A stretch of 64,000 nt of DNA from Alphaproteobacteria bacterium (GTDB lineage Bacteria; Pseudomonadota; Alphaproteobacteria; RF32; CAG-239). This document shows positions 1 through 9,441 of this stretch, in pieces. A model generated the notes under the pieces. The model ran no database searches, had not been told where the DNA came from, and saw only the letters and a program-made list of their open reading frames with translations. Positions within the stretch are counted from its first letter, which is position 1. Each line of letters begins with the position of its first letter. The position numbers and the translations under genes are program-made. The DNA lies in assembly GCA_045597005.1 (NCBI GenBank), contig JAZODJ010000025.1, positions 6,391 to 70,390 on the forward strand, in the 5' to 3' direction.

Positions 1-1
1 G

Positions 2-376
2 ATAGCTCAAGGCAATATGATACAAACAGACGATGATGGCAATGTTGTAAACGCTGACGAAGTCAACCAATTGGTTAACTCGGCGATGGATCTACTGCAA
101 TCTGCAATTGATAATAACGGCAAAGCAACTTCCGGCAAAAATGAAACAATGTCTGTTGTAATTGCTAAAATATCAGCCAATTATGTAACATTAAATAATG
201 TTCAAACAAGTTTGGAAGCTGTTCAAAGTAATTTGGAAGATAGTGTATATTCCATCAAAAACGTAGATAAAACCGAAGCAACAGTTAAACTGTTAGCAGC
301 TCAAAATTCATTGGAAGCTTCATATCAGGTGTTAACAAGCGCATTGAATTTGTCGTTATTAAACTATATTGACTAG
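2..376 (+). CDS. flagellin/FlgL-family protein, C-terminal part (5' end outside window)
   Basis: The frame is open from the window edge. The C-terminus ...KLLAAQNSLEASYQVLTSALNLSLLNYID resembles the conserved C-terminal helix of flagellin and hook-associated FlgL proteins. Confidence 0.5.
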   Translation: MAQGNMIQTDDDGNVVNADEVNQLVNSAMDLLQSAIDNNGKATSGKNETMSVVIAKISANYVTLNNVQTSLEAVQSNLEDSVYSIKNVDKTEATVKLLAAQNSLEASYQVLTSALNLSLLNYID

Positions 377-397
377 TTAAGGAAGTCGAAATAAACA

Positions 398-2035
398 ATG
401 CGATATAAACAATCAAATATCAGCAGATCTTCGGGAATGATTTTATGCAATGATATGTATTTTGGAGAAAAACATTTTTCCAAAGGACATAAAATCACCC
501 CCGAAGATATTATTATATTCAAAATGTTTGGTATGACCACAATATTGGGTGCAATATTTGAAGATGGCGATATTGATTATAAAACTGCACTTAAACAAGT
601 AGCTGCGCAAATTAGTGGTGCCGGAATTGGATATGTAGTTGAAAAAGACGGTATCTGTCGTATTGTTTCTGCTATAGATGGGGTTTTTGCTTTAGATAAA
701 AATCGCCTTAATAAGTTCAATAATTTTAATGAGAATATCATTTTAAACACCATTGCCCCACACAGTTTAGTAAAAAAAGGTGATGTAGTTGCAGAATTAG
801 AAATTACGACACCGTTAGTCAGTGAAAATGATATCAATGATATGATATTTAAATTGTCAGGTAATCTGCAGTTACTTAATGTAATAGATTTTGTCAGTCC
901 CAAAGCGGTGTTGGTATATCCTCATTTATTTAATGACGAAGCTGAAAATAATAGATTTACTTCAATAGTAATGAAACTCATTACCAACCTTAATGATACC
1001 GGAATGAACTTCATAAGAGAAATCAGCAGTACATACAACAAAGATAATTTGGCTGATTCTTTATTTGATGCATATTCAACCGGAGCTGATGTTGTTTTTG
1101 TTTTAAGTCCTTTAAAATCTTCCGGCAGGGATGATGTAATTGCGACGGCGTTAAAACAATCTGTAGATGATATTGTCAGTTACTCCGTTCCGATAGTGGG
1201 AGCATCAGATTTTATGATATCTCAAAAGGATAAAATAAAAGTAATATCGATTCCTTTTGCGTATGATGATATTGATACTTCAGAAATTGATAATTTTATC
1301 AGGACGGCAATATATAAAGAACACTTAACTGAAGTGATGTTTAACAATAAACAATCTGCAGAACTGAATGAAGTGAACAAAATATCTGAAAAAGTCTTTG
1401 ATAAATTAATAATGCCGACAAAAAAATCATCTTCATCGCAAAAAGCAAATATAGGTATTGTTGTTTTGGCCGCCGGACAAGGACGTCGATCCGGAGCAAG
1501 TAAATTGCTGGTTGAAGACAAAAGCAAAACTCCGTTGTTTATGTATGCGGTCAACGCGGCTATAGCATCAAATGCTAAGCCTGTATTTGTTATAACCGGA
1601 CATCGCAACGAAGAAATGGAAGAATATTTATCAAAGCTTGACGTTAATGTAATATATAATCAGTCCTATGCTTCAGGTATAAAAACATCAATCGGACTTG
1701 GTTTGAAATCTATACCCTCATCATGCGATGGGGCGATATTGCTTCCGGCAGATATGCCTAATATTACAGCCACAGAACTCAACAAACTTATATCAAAATT
1801 TGATATTACACAAGAAAAGCAAGTATGTGTCTTAACCAACAAAGGAATAAAAAACAATCCTGTTTTGTGGAGTAAATCTTTGTATGATAAAGCCGATATT
1901 GTGCCTGAAAACGCAGCTTTCAGAACGGTATTTGCCGAACATTCAGACTATATGCAACATATCGAAATCAAAGACAAGAAAAAACTCCTTGATATCAATT
2001 TTCCGAATGACATCAAAGAGTTTTCCGAACATTAA
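398..2035 (+). CDS. fusion protein: molybdopterin-binding-like N-terminal module plus MobA/MocA-type nucleotidyltransferase
   Basis: The C-terminal ~200 aa carry the NTP-transferase signature IGIVVLAAGQGRRSG...ILLPADMP. I could assign the N-terminal ~340 aa only loosely to a MoeA/CinA-like fold. Confidence 0.55.
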   Translation: MRYKQSNISRSSGMILCNDMYFGEKHFSKGHKITPEDIIIFKMFGMTTILGAIFEDGDIDYKTALKQVAAQISGAGIGYVVEKDGICRIVSAIDGVFALDKNRLNKFNNFNENIILNTIAPHSLVKKGDVVAELEITTPLVSENDINDMIFKLSGNLQLLNVIDFVSPKAVLVYPHLFNDEAENNRFTSIVMKLITNLNDTGMNFIREISSTYNKDNLADSLFDAYSTGADVVFVLSPLKSSGRDDVIATALKQSVDDIVSYSVPIVGASDFMISQKDKIKVISIPFAYDDIDTSEIDNFIRTAIYKEHLTEVMFNNKQSAELNEVNKISEKVFDKLIMPTKKSSSSQKANIGIVVLAAGQGRRSGASKLLVEDKSKTPLFMYAVNAAIASNAKPVFVITGHRNEEMEEYLSKLDVNVIYNQSYASGIKTSIGLGLKSIPSSCDGAILLPADMPNITATELNKLISKFDITQEKQVCVLTNKGIKNNPVLWSKSLYDKADIVPENAAFRTVFAEHSDYMQHIEIKDKKKLLDINFPNDIKEFSEH

Positions 2036-2042
2036 TTTTTTT

Positions 2043-3032
2043 TTAATCTGCAATAATTTTCTTGGCTATTTCAATATATGCTTTTGCATATTCGCTTTCT
2101 GGTTCACTTATGACAATCGGTTTTCCCGCATCGGCATGTGTTCGTATTGTATAATTAAGAGGAATTTCCCCTAAAAACTTAACACCTAATCTTTCAGCCG
2201 TTTCTTTAGCACCGGCATGACCGAATATATCATCTCTGTTTCCGCATTTAGGGCATATATAATAGCTCATATTTTCAACAATTCCTAAAATAGGAACATC
2301 AACTTTAGCAAACATATTAACTCCTTTAACGGCATCAATTAACGCTATATCCTGAGGAGTTGAAACTATAACGGCGCCATCAAGATTTAAACGTTGAGAA
2401 ATTGTTATTTGAATATCACCTGTTCCCGGAGGCATATCAAGTAACATAATATCAATTTCGCCCCAGTTAACTTCTGTCAAAAGTTGTTCAATAGCTCCAC
2501 AAGCCTTAGAACCTCGCCAAATCAAAGGAGTATCTCTATCTATAAGAGTACCTATGGACATTGATTCCAAATTATATGCCTTAAAAGGTTCAAATGTTTT
2601 ACCATCCAAGGATATTGCCGGCTGATTTTCATATCCGAGCATGGTTGGAATAGAAGGTCCGTAGATATCAGCGTCAAACAAAGCTACTTTTTTACCCAAA
2701 GAAGCCAAAGCCAATGCCAAATTTACCGAGGTGGTAGATTTTCCGACACCGCCTTTTCCTGATGCAACGGCATATATTTTTTTTACATTCTTAACTTTCC
2801 ACAAATCAGGTTTATCTTGCAAACTCGGAGCAGATTTTGTTGCCGTAAAGATTACATTTGCTTTTGTTATGTTTTCAAAAGTTAAAAGTTCTTCTTTAAG
2901 TTTGTTTGCTAATTCTTTGTTTTCTTGAGTGTTGTGCAAGCTTATAACCGCGCGTCCGTTATTGAAAGCTACAGCCGCAATTTCATCATTTGTAAAATAT
3001 TTTAAGGCTGTATTTTTAATCTTGTTTTCCAT
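2043..3032 (-). CDS. apbC: Mrp/ApbC/NBP35-family iron-sulfur cluster carrier ATPase
   Basis: Motifs GKGGVGKST, DMPPGTGD and CPKCG are present. The start is placed at the internal ATG (MENKIKN...). The longer track ORF to 3392 overlaps hflK, and its extra 120 aa look non-protein-like. Confidence 0.85.
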   Translation of the reverse strand: MENKIKNTALKYFTNDEIAAVAFNNGRAVISLHNTQENKELANKLKEELLTFENITKANVIFTATKSAPSLQDKPDLWKVKNVKKIYAVASGKGGVGKSTTSVNLALALASLGKKVALFDADIYGPSIPTMLGYENQPAISLDGKTFEPFKAYNLESMSIGTLIDRDTPLIWRGSKACGAIEQLLTEVNWGEIDIMLLDMPPGTGDIQITISQRLNLDGAVIVSTPQDIALIDAVKGVNMFAKVDVPILGIVENMSYYICPKCGNRDDIFGHAGAKETAERLGVKFLGEIPLNYTIRTHADAGKPIVISEPESEYAKAYIEIAKKIIAD

Positions 3033-3131
3033 TCTATTCCCCTGTTGATAGATGAATGATTGTTGTTTTCTTGAGCTATTTATATTATATAATCCGAATG
3101 ATGCAACTAAAAAAGTGGAGAAAATACAACA

Positions 3132-4163
3132 ATGGCAAAAATTCCTAGTCCGTGGGAGGACAATGACGACGAGAAAGGACCTTGGGCCGACAACGAGATT
3201 GCAAATCCGAAGGTAAAGCAGTTCAAGCCTAAAAATAGCATAGAATTTGAGTTCAAATGGTGGTGGGGCATAATAGCAATAGTTGTTTTGTGGCTTGCAT
3301 CCGGTTTTTATCAAGTTCAACCTAATGAAGAAGCAATAGTTTTGCGCTTTGGTGCTTATAACGAAACCACAACCCCCGGACTTCATTATCATCTACCATA
3401 TCCGATTGAAACTATTCGTAAGGTAAATATAACCCAAGAACGTAGTATCAATTTGGGTGTTCAAGAAAATCGTGAAGTAAAATCAAACATTTTTACCGAA
3501 AGTCATATGTTGACCGGAGATGAGAACATTGTTGATATTAATTTAACAATTGTTTGGCGAGTTGAAAATGCCAAAGACTATGTTTTCAATATGCAAAATC
3601 CTGACCAAACCGTTCGTGTTGCAGCCCAGTCTGTTTTGCGCGAAATCGTAGGTCAGTCACAAATGTTACCGATTATCTCCGGTGATCGCGGTAAGGTTGA
3701 AGACGAAACAAAAGAAGAATTGCAAAAAGTTTTGGATGAATTCGGAGCCGGTATAAAGATTGTACGTGTTAAATTGCAAAAGGCGGATCCGCCAAAACAA
3801 GTAGTCGATGCATTTAACGAAGTTCAAAGAGCAAAGGCCGATATGGAACGTTTTAAAAACGAAGCCGAAGCATATCGCAACGAAATTTTGCCGAAGTCGC
3901 GCGGTGAGGCCGCACAACGTCTTCAAAATGCTGAAGCTTATAAGCAAGCTGTTGTCAGTAAAGCAAAAGGTGAGGCCGAACGTTTTCTTTCGGTATACGA
4001 CGCTTATAAAAACGGAAAAGATATTACAATAAAACGTTTATACATCGAAACTATGGAAAAAGTTATCGGTAATTCGGATAAAGTTATCATCGATTCCGGA
4101 ACTAAAGGAAATAATGTTATTCCATATCTTCCGCTTGATAAAATAAATAAAGGAGGAAACTGA
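3132..4163 (+). CDS. hflK: FtsH protease modulator HflK (SPFH/band-7)
   Basis: It has one N-terminal TM segment, an SPFH domain and a coiled-coil tail (AEAYRNEILPKSRGEAAQ...). The stop shares 1 nt with the hflC start. Confidence 0.9.
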   Translation: MAKIPSPWEDNDDEKGPWADNEIANPKVKQFKPKNSIEFEFKWWWGIIAIVVLWLASGFYQVQPNEEAIVLRFGAYNETTTPGLHYHLPYPIETIRKVNITQERSINLGVQENREVKSNIFTESHMLTGDENIVDINLTIVWRVENAKDYVFNMQNPDQTVRVAAQSVLREIVGQSQMLPIISGDRGKVEDETKEELQKVLDEFGAGIKIVRVKLQKADPPKQVVDAFNEVQRAKADMERFKNEAEAYRNEILPKSRGEAAQRLQNAEAYKQAVVSKAKGEAERFLSVYDAYKNGKDITIKRLYIETMEKVIGNSDKVIIDSGTKGNNVIPYLPLDKINKGGN

Positions 4164-5038
4164 TGTCAGATAAAATCAAGATAACTATTGGCGGAAGTGT
4201 TGTCGCCGTTTTATTGGTACTTTTTGAATCTTTGTTTATTCTTAATCAAACAGAGCAAGCAATTGTTTTACAGTTTGGTGAACCTGTACGAGAAATTAAA
4301 GAACCGGGATTAAAGTTCAAAATTCCGTTTATTCAAAAAGTTGTTGTTTATGACAATCGTTTGTTAAACCTTGATCCTCCGGCACAAGAAGTTGTACTAA
4401 ATGATAAAAAACGTCTTGATGTCGACAACTTTACTCGTTATCGTATAGTCGATCCGCTGAAGTTTTATCAGACTGTCCGCACGGAATATCAAGCTCGTTC
4501 AAAGTTGGAAGAAATTGTCAACTCATCAGTACGTAAGGTCTTGGGTAGAATCACCCTTCAAGAATTACTCTCAAGCAAGCGTACTCAAATTATGGCTGAT
4601 ATTTCCAAAGCCGTAAAAAGTGATGCCGGTCAAATAGGTGTAAGTGTTGCGGATGTTCGTATCCGTCGTGCCGATCTTCCGGTTGAAGTTTTGCAAGCTA
4701 TCAATGCGCGTATGAAAACCGAACGTGAACGAGAGGCTAAAGAGTTTCGTGCAACGGGACAACAAGAAGCTCAAAAAATACGTGCTACTGCTGAAAAAGA
4801 ACAAGCCGTAATTATTGCCGAGGCTGAAAAACAAGCCCAGATTATACGAGGTGCCGGCGATAAACAAGCAATCGAAATATGGAACCAAGCTGCCGGCATT
4901 GACCCTAACTTCTTTGCTTTCTATCGTTCATTAGAAGCATATAAAAATTCATTTTCTCAAGATAATACATCCTTAGTATTGTCTCCTGATACTGAATTTT
5001 TTGACTACTTTAAACAAACAACAAAAATAGGACGTTAA
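4163..5038 (+). CDS. hflC: FtsH protease modulator HflC (SPFH/band-7)
   Basis: It has an N-terminal TM segment, an SPFH domain and an ...EREAKEFRATGQQEAQKIRA... tail, and it is translationally coupled to hflK. Confidence 0.9.
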   Translation: MSDKIKITIGGSVVAVLLVLFESLFILNQTEQAIVLQFGEPVREIKEPGLKFKIPFIQKVVVYDNRLLNLDPPAQEVVLNDKKRLDVDNFTRYRIVDPLKFYQTVRTEYQARSKLEEIVNSSVRKVLGRITLQELLSSKRTQIMADISKAVKSDAGQIGVSVADVRIRRADLPVEVLQAINARMKTEREREAKEFRATGQQEAQKIRATAEKEQAVIIAEAEKQAQIIRGAGDKQAIEIWNQAAGIDPNFFAFYRSLEAYKNSFSQDNTSLVLSPDTEFFDYFKQTTKIGR

Positions 5039-5041
5039 AAA

Positions 5042-6418
5042 TTGAAAAAACTCATAGCACTTATAATATCTTTTTTGCTGATGACACCGACGGTCAAAGC
5101 TCAAAAAACAGAGATATTGCATCAGTCCTTTGCTCCACTGGTTGAAAAACTTCTTCCCGGAGTTGTTAACATATCTACTTTACGAGAAGATGCTTTGTTA
5201 TCGGAAAAACCAGATATTATAAGTGCTAATGAGTTTATCAATGAATATTTTTTGCAAGATGAGGGTGGACGCACTTCTCTCGGCTCAGGATTTATAATTG
5301 ATACTAAAGGTTACATCATCACTAATAACCATGTTATTGACAAAGCTTCAGAAATTATGGTTAAGCTTTCTGATGATCGTCAGTTCAATGCCGAAGTTAT
5401 AGGTACTGACAAACTCACCGATCTTGCTCTTATAAAAATTAATTCTGATGAAGTTTTTCCGTTTGTCAAAATGGGAGATTCCGATGCCGTCAGAGTAGGC
5501 GATTGGATATTGGCAATAGGTAATCCTTTTGGTCTTGGCGGAAGTGTAACATCAGGAATTGTCAGCGCAAAATCAAGGGATATTGATGCCGGTTCATATG
5601 ACAACTTTATCCAAACCGATGCATCTATAAATCAAGGTTCGTCAGGCGGCCCGTTATTTAATATGGATGGTGAAGTTATCGGAATTAATACGGCAATTTT
5701 TTCATCCACGGGCAACAGTGTAGGAATAGGTTTTGCAACACCGATAAATCTTAGCAAATTTGTTGTTGAACAACTTATATCTAAAGGAAAAGTAGAAAGA
5801 GGCTGGCTTGGTCTTAAGGTGGTATCCAACAATCAAGATATTACCATAAGTGACAGCCAAATATTTAAAGGCGGAGTTGTTGTTAATTCACTGAATGAAA
5901 ATTCGCCCGCTTTACAAAAAGGAATAGAGGCCGGAGATATCATTATTTCCATGAACGGAAATGATGTTAAAGATGCCAAAAGCTTTTCAAGAAATGTTGC
6001 CGAAACGCCGATAGGAAAAGATGTTATTTTGCGTATTTGGCGCAATGGGCAAACAAAAGATATAACGTTGACCGTATCATCTATGCCCGAAACAACAGCT
6101 AAAGAGCCGAAAAACACCGTCGATATTACCATAGATGAAAAACCCAAAGGTTATATTGAAGAACTGGGTATTGTCGCAGATGAGGCTAATGGCGCAGTTG
6201 TAATAACTGAGGTTTTGGCAGATTCCGATGCTTATACCAAAGGACTTAAATCCGGCAATATAATTCAAAGACTTGATGGCAAAGATGTTTCTTCGATTGA
6301 TGACTTAAAAGCATATGTTGCATATGCAAAAAATGCCGGCGGACCACCTGTCGAAGTCAAAATATCCGACAACGGGCTTCTTCAAACCATACATTTGAAA
6401 GTCGGTGCCGATGACTAG
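5042..6418 (+). CDS. periplasmic serine endoprotease, DegP/DegQ/HtrA family (two PDZ domains)
   Basis: It has a signal peptide, the trypsin-like motifs TNNHV, DLALIK and GSSGGPL, and two PDZ-like regions. The start codon is TTG. Confidence 0.9.
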   Translation: MKKLIALIISFLLMTPTVKAQKTEILHQSFAPLVEKLLPGVVNISTLREDALLSEKPDIISANEFINEYFLQDEGGRTSLGSGFIIDTKGYIITNNHVIDKASEIMVKLSDDRQFNAEVIGTDKLTDLALIKINSDEVFPFVKMGDSDAVRVGDWILAIGNPFGLGGSVTSGIVSAKSRDIDAGSYDNFIQTDASINQGSSGGPLFNMDGEVIGINTAIFSSTGNSVGIGFATPINLSKFVVEQLISKGKVERGWLGLKVVSNNQDITISDSQIFKGGVVVNSLNENSPALQKGIEAGDIIISMNGNDVKDAKSFSRNVAETPIGKDVILRIWRNGQTKDITLTVSSMPETTAKEPKNTVDITIDEKPKGYIEELGIVADEANGAVVITEVLADSDAYTKGLKSGNIIQRLDGKDVSSIDDLKAYVAYAKNAGGPPVEVKISDNGLLQTIHLKVGADD

Positions 6419-6866
6419 AGTTGACTTTTATCATTTGCAAAAAGCAACCGTCGAGGACACATTGCCAAAGCTTTTAGAAAAGGCAATTTCTACCGACAAA
6501 AATGTACTTGTAAAAATTGGTAGCGAAGAACGCGTAGAGTTTTTAAATACATCATTATGGACCTACGAAGAACAATCTTTTTTACCTCATGGCAGCAAAA
6601 AAGACGGCAACGCCGAACAACAACCTATATGGCTTACCTCCGGTGATGACAATCCCAATAATGCCACAATGCTTTTTTTGGTCGACGGAGCTGGTGTTGA
6701 TGATGAAAAGATAGCCGGATTTGATAGAGTATTCAATTTATTTGATGGTAATTCGGAAAACAGTCTGTCTCAGGCCAGAGCTTTCTGGAAACAAATAAAA
6801 AATGCCGGTTTCGATTGTTTTTATTGGCAACAGGACGAAAACGGCAGTTGGAAACAAAAAGCATAG
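6411..6866 (+). CDS. holC: DNA polymerase III subunit chi
   Basis: MTRVDFYHL...LWTYEEQSFLPHG...QPIWL...FDG matches the alphaproteobacterial chi pattern. The ATG at 6411 overlaps the degP stop. The track ORF starts 6 nt earlier at a GTG. Confidence 0.8.
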   Translation: MTRVDFYHLQKATVEDTLPKLLEKAISTDKNVLVKIGSEERVEFLNTSLWTYEEQSFLPHGSKKDGNAEQQPIWLTSGDDNPNNATMLFLVDGAGVDDEKIAGFDRVFNLFDGNSENSLSQARAFWKQIKNAGFDCFYWQQDENGSWKQKA

Positions 6867-6869
6867 TTT

Positions 6870-8015
6870 TTAAGAACGACCATTTGCTTTATCTATATAT
6901 ACTTGTTTAGCAATATTTTTAACTCGAGCGTCTTGAATATTATTGATTCCGCAACTGAATATCTTTAACATTTCTTTCGGTTGCAGATTTTCTGTCGGAA
7001 CAGAAGTATACGAGGAAGCTAGATTTTGATAGGCCTCATATATTTCGGTAATCTGAATTTTCATATGGTTATCATCTTTATCTTTGTCTTTAGCTTGTTG
7101 ATATTTTTTTGATTCAGCAAAAACAGCTGCTTTCTTTTCTTCAAACTCAATCAGCTTTGGCATTAACGGATGAGCATCTTTTAATACTTCCATATATGTT
7201 TTACGGACATTGGGATCTGCAAGGTCTCTATCAGGCATTTCCAATTCAATTCCCGTAAGTGTTGAAGCAATCAATGCTTTTGCGGCAAAACTTTTTTGCT
7301 CATCATCAGTTCCGTTTAATTTCAATTTTATTTTTTGTCCGCCATTTGCTTTTATGGCATTCATTGTTTCAATAAATGGTCGCAAATCATCTCCATCACT
7401 GAACAATACCAAATGAGAATTAGATCTTATGGTTGAACCGGCAACAGGCTCACTTATTTGATAATTACTTCCTTTAGCATAAAAACTATAGGAATAGGGA
7501 AACTCATCTTTTTCTTTATCATTATTTATCCACGCTAATTTACGCTCGCTATCGGTAAACTTTTTAACAAAATCAGGCGCATTTTCGTCTTCTTCATCAT
7601 TTCCTGTTGGAGAATTACCACCTGAAGTCGGTTGATTTGGCTCTTGCTCTAAATCTATTACACCATTTGAATTAGGTTGTTGTTGAGGATTACTGTTTTG
7701 ATTTAATTTTTCATCAATAGCCTTTTCAACGGCATCACATACACCAATATAAAGATTAATACTCTCTCTACCTTTTTTTCCGGATTTTTGTCTTTTTTTT
7801 AATAATGCTTTTTTATACTCAGAATATTCTTTTTTTGCTAACGTAAAATCATTTATATTTGAACACTGACTAAATACACCTTCAATGAAGTTGCTAAAAC
7901 CATTTTTTTTATCGTCTAAATACCCTTTATGTTCTTCAGAATCTATATATTCATCACTAACAACCTTATCACAAAATTCATTAATTGTATCCTCGTTATC
8001 AATTTCGTAAGCCAT
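6870..8015 (-). CDS. hypothetical protein with acidic, low-complexity regions
   Basis: Intact 381-aa ORF with no signal peptide, a Q/N/P/S/G-rich central linker and a K/D/E-rich region. I recognise no motif. Confidence 0.6.
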   Translation of the reverse strand: MAYEIDNEDTINEFCDKVVSDEYIDSEEHKGYLDDKKNGFSNFIEGVFSQCSNINDFTLAKKEYSEYKKALLKKRQKSGKKGRESINLYIGVCDAVEKAIDEKLNQNSNPQQQPNSNGVIDLEQEPNQPTSGGNSPTGNDEEDENAPDFVKKFTDSERKLAWINNDKEKDEFPYSYSFYAKGSNYQISEPVAGSTIRSNSHLVLFSDGDDLRPFIETMNAIKANGGQKIKLKLNGTDDEQKSFAAKALIASTLTGIELEMPDRDLADPNVRKTYMEVLKDAHPLMPKLIEFEEKKAAVFAESKKYQQAKDKDKDDNHMKIQITEIYEAYQNLASSYTSVPTENLQPKEMLKIFSCGINNIQDARVKNIAKQVYIDKANGRS

Positions 8016-8104
8016 ATAAACGTCTCCTCAATAGCTTTTAATCTTATGGTTATCATAACACAAAAAAATACATTATGCAATTGTTTTTAGACAAAATAAA
8101 CAGA

Positions 8105-9436
8105 CTATTTGTCTAAGTGTTTTATGCGATTTTCCAAATCATCAATCTTTAGTCTGAGCTGTTTATCCAGCGAATATTTATAAGCTTCTTTAATTTGGCG
8201 TTTTGCTGCATCTTTGTTTCCGATTTTCAACGAATATTCAGCCGAGGCATAATTTGCCGCCGCCATATTATCAGACAAACCATAGGCTTTTGCCAACAAC
8301 ATCCAAGCATATCCGCTTTGTGTTCTGATTAATGACTTGTTCAGCAATTTGATTGCTTGTTGTGCATCAGATTTTGTCGGATTATCTTCCAAAATAACTT
8401 GAGCATAATTAATTTGCATCAAATGCGATTCCGGCATCAAATTATAAGCTTGAGCAAAGTTGTTTTTAGCTTCTTTAAGTTTTCCTGTCTCAAGCAAAAT
8501 TTGCCCTTTAAGCTCATAAAAAAACGGATTATCCGGTTCAATAGCCAACAAGCCGTCCATTTTTTGCAATGCTTGCGCAAATTTCAACTGTTTCATAAAT
8601 ACAATCGCATGAGCATATTGTGATACAATGTCCGTTTTTGCTAAGGGATATTCTCGCAAAGTTTGTTCCGGTTTTTGTAAATACGCCTTCAGTTTTGCCT
8701 TAATTCTCAAAAATTTTGCATTGTGTTTATTTGCATTATAACTATTATTTTTTGCAATTCTTTCAAAAAACGCAATACGTTCATTAGTAACGGGGTGGGT
8801 TCGAAAATAAGGTGTTTCTTCACGTCCGCTTAAAATATTTTCTTTGGTAATTTTTTTCATAAAGTTTAATATACCGTTGGCAGATTGCTTAGTTTCCTCT
8901 AAAAGTTTTGCGGCAGATTCATCGGCAGAGCGCTCTTCTTCGGTTCGATATCTGGTATAATGATTCAAAGCAGAGCTTTGCCCGCCCAACAAAACCGCCA
9001 TTGCCGCATCACCACGTCCGCTTACCGCTGCCGTAGCACCGGCCAAAATTGCCGATATTAATGAAACCTCGTACATATCCTGGCTTTTCAGTTTTTGTCT
9101 TATTATATGTCCGCCCATAATATGTCCGGTTTCATGAGCCAAAACACCGCTTATTTCATTACTGTTGTCGGCTTTTATTATTGTTCCCGTGTGTACAAAC
9201 ATTTTATTGCCGTCTGCAACAAAAGCATTCAAAGAATTATCATCTACTATAAAAATATTATTTCTATAAAAATTAATTCCGGCAGCCTTATACAGAGGAA
9301 GTAAGATTTCAGCTAAATATTGTTCAGTTTCTTCATCAGAAATCAATCGGATTGTCTGGGCATCAGAGCTACATGGCAAAAGAGCCGCCAGCAGGAAAAT
9401 CCCGCCAAGCAGCCCTTTTACTAAAATATTCTTCAA
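8105..9436 (-). CDS. M48-family zinc metalloprotease with C-terminal TPR repeats (BepA/YfgC-like)
   Basis: It has the HETGH (HExxH) motif, TPR-like repeats and a signal peptide. I prefer the TTG start at 9436 (MKNILVKGLL..., AAGGA 8 nt upstream). The track ORF extends to 9469 and would overlap the rne 3' end. Confidence 0.8.
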   Translation of the reverse strand: MKNILVKGLLGGIFLLAALLPCSSDAQTIRLISDEETEQYLAEILLPLYKAAGINFYRNNIFIVDDNSLNAFVADGNKMFVHTGTIIKADNSNEISGVLAHETGHIMGGHIIRQKLKSQDMYEVSLISAILAGATAAVSGRGDAAMAVLLGGQSSALNHYTRYRTEEERSADESAAKLLEETKQSANGILNFMKKITKENILSGREETPYFRTHPVTNERIAFFERIAKNNSYNANKHNAKFLRIKAKLKAYLQKPEQTLREYPLAKTDIVSQYAHAIVFMKQLKFAQALQKMDGLLAIEPDNPFFYELKGQILLETGKLKEAKNNFAQAYNLMPESHLMQINYAQVILEDNPTKSDAQQAIKLLNKSLIRTQSGYAWMLLAKAYGLSDNMAAANYASAEYSLKIGNKDAAKRQIKEAYKYSLDKQLRLKIDDLENRIKHLDK

Positions 9437-9441
9437 AGAAA

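Noticed and set aside
3033-3392. A 120-codon N-terminal extension of the Mrp/ApbC ORF (track ORF 2043..3392).
   Set aside because: The extension is Cys/Phe/Ile-rich, does not look like protein, and overlaps the hflK start. A clean ATG (MENKIKN) begins the region of homology.
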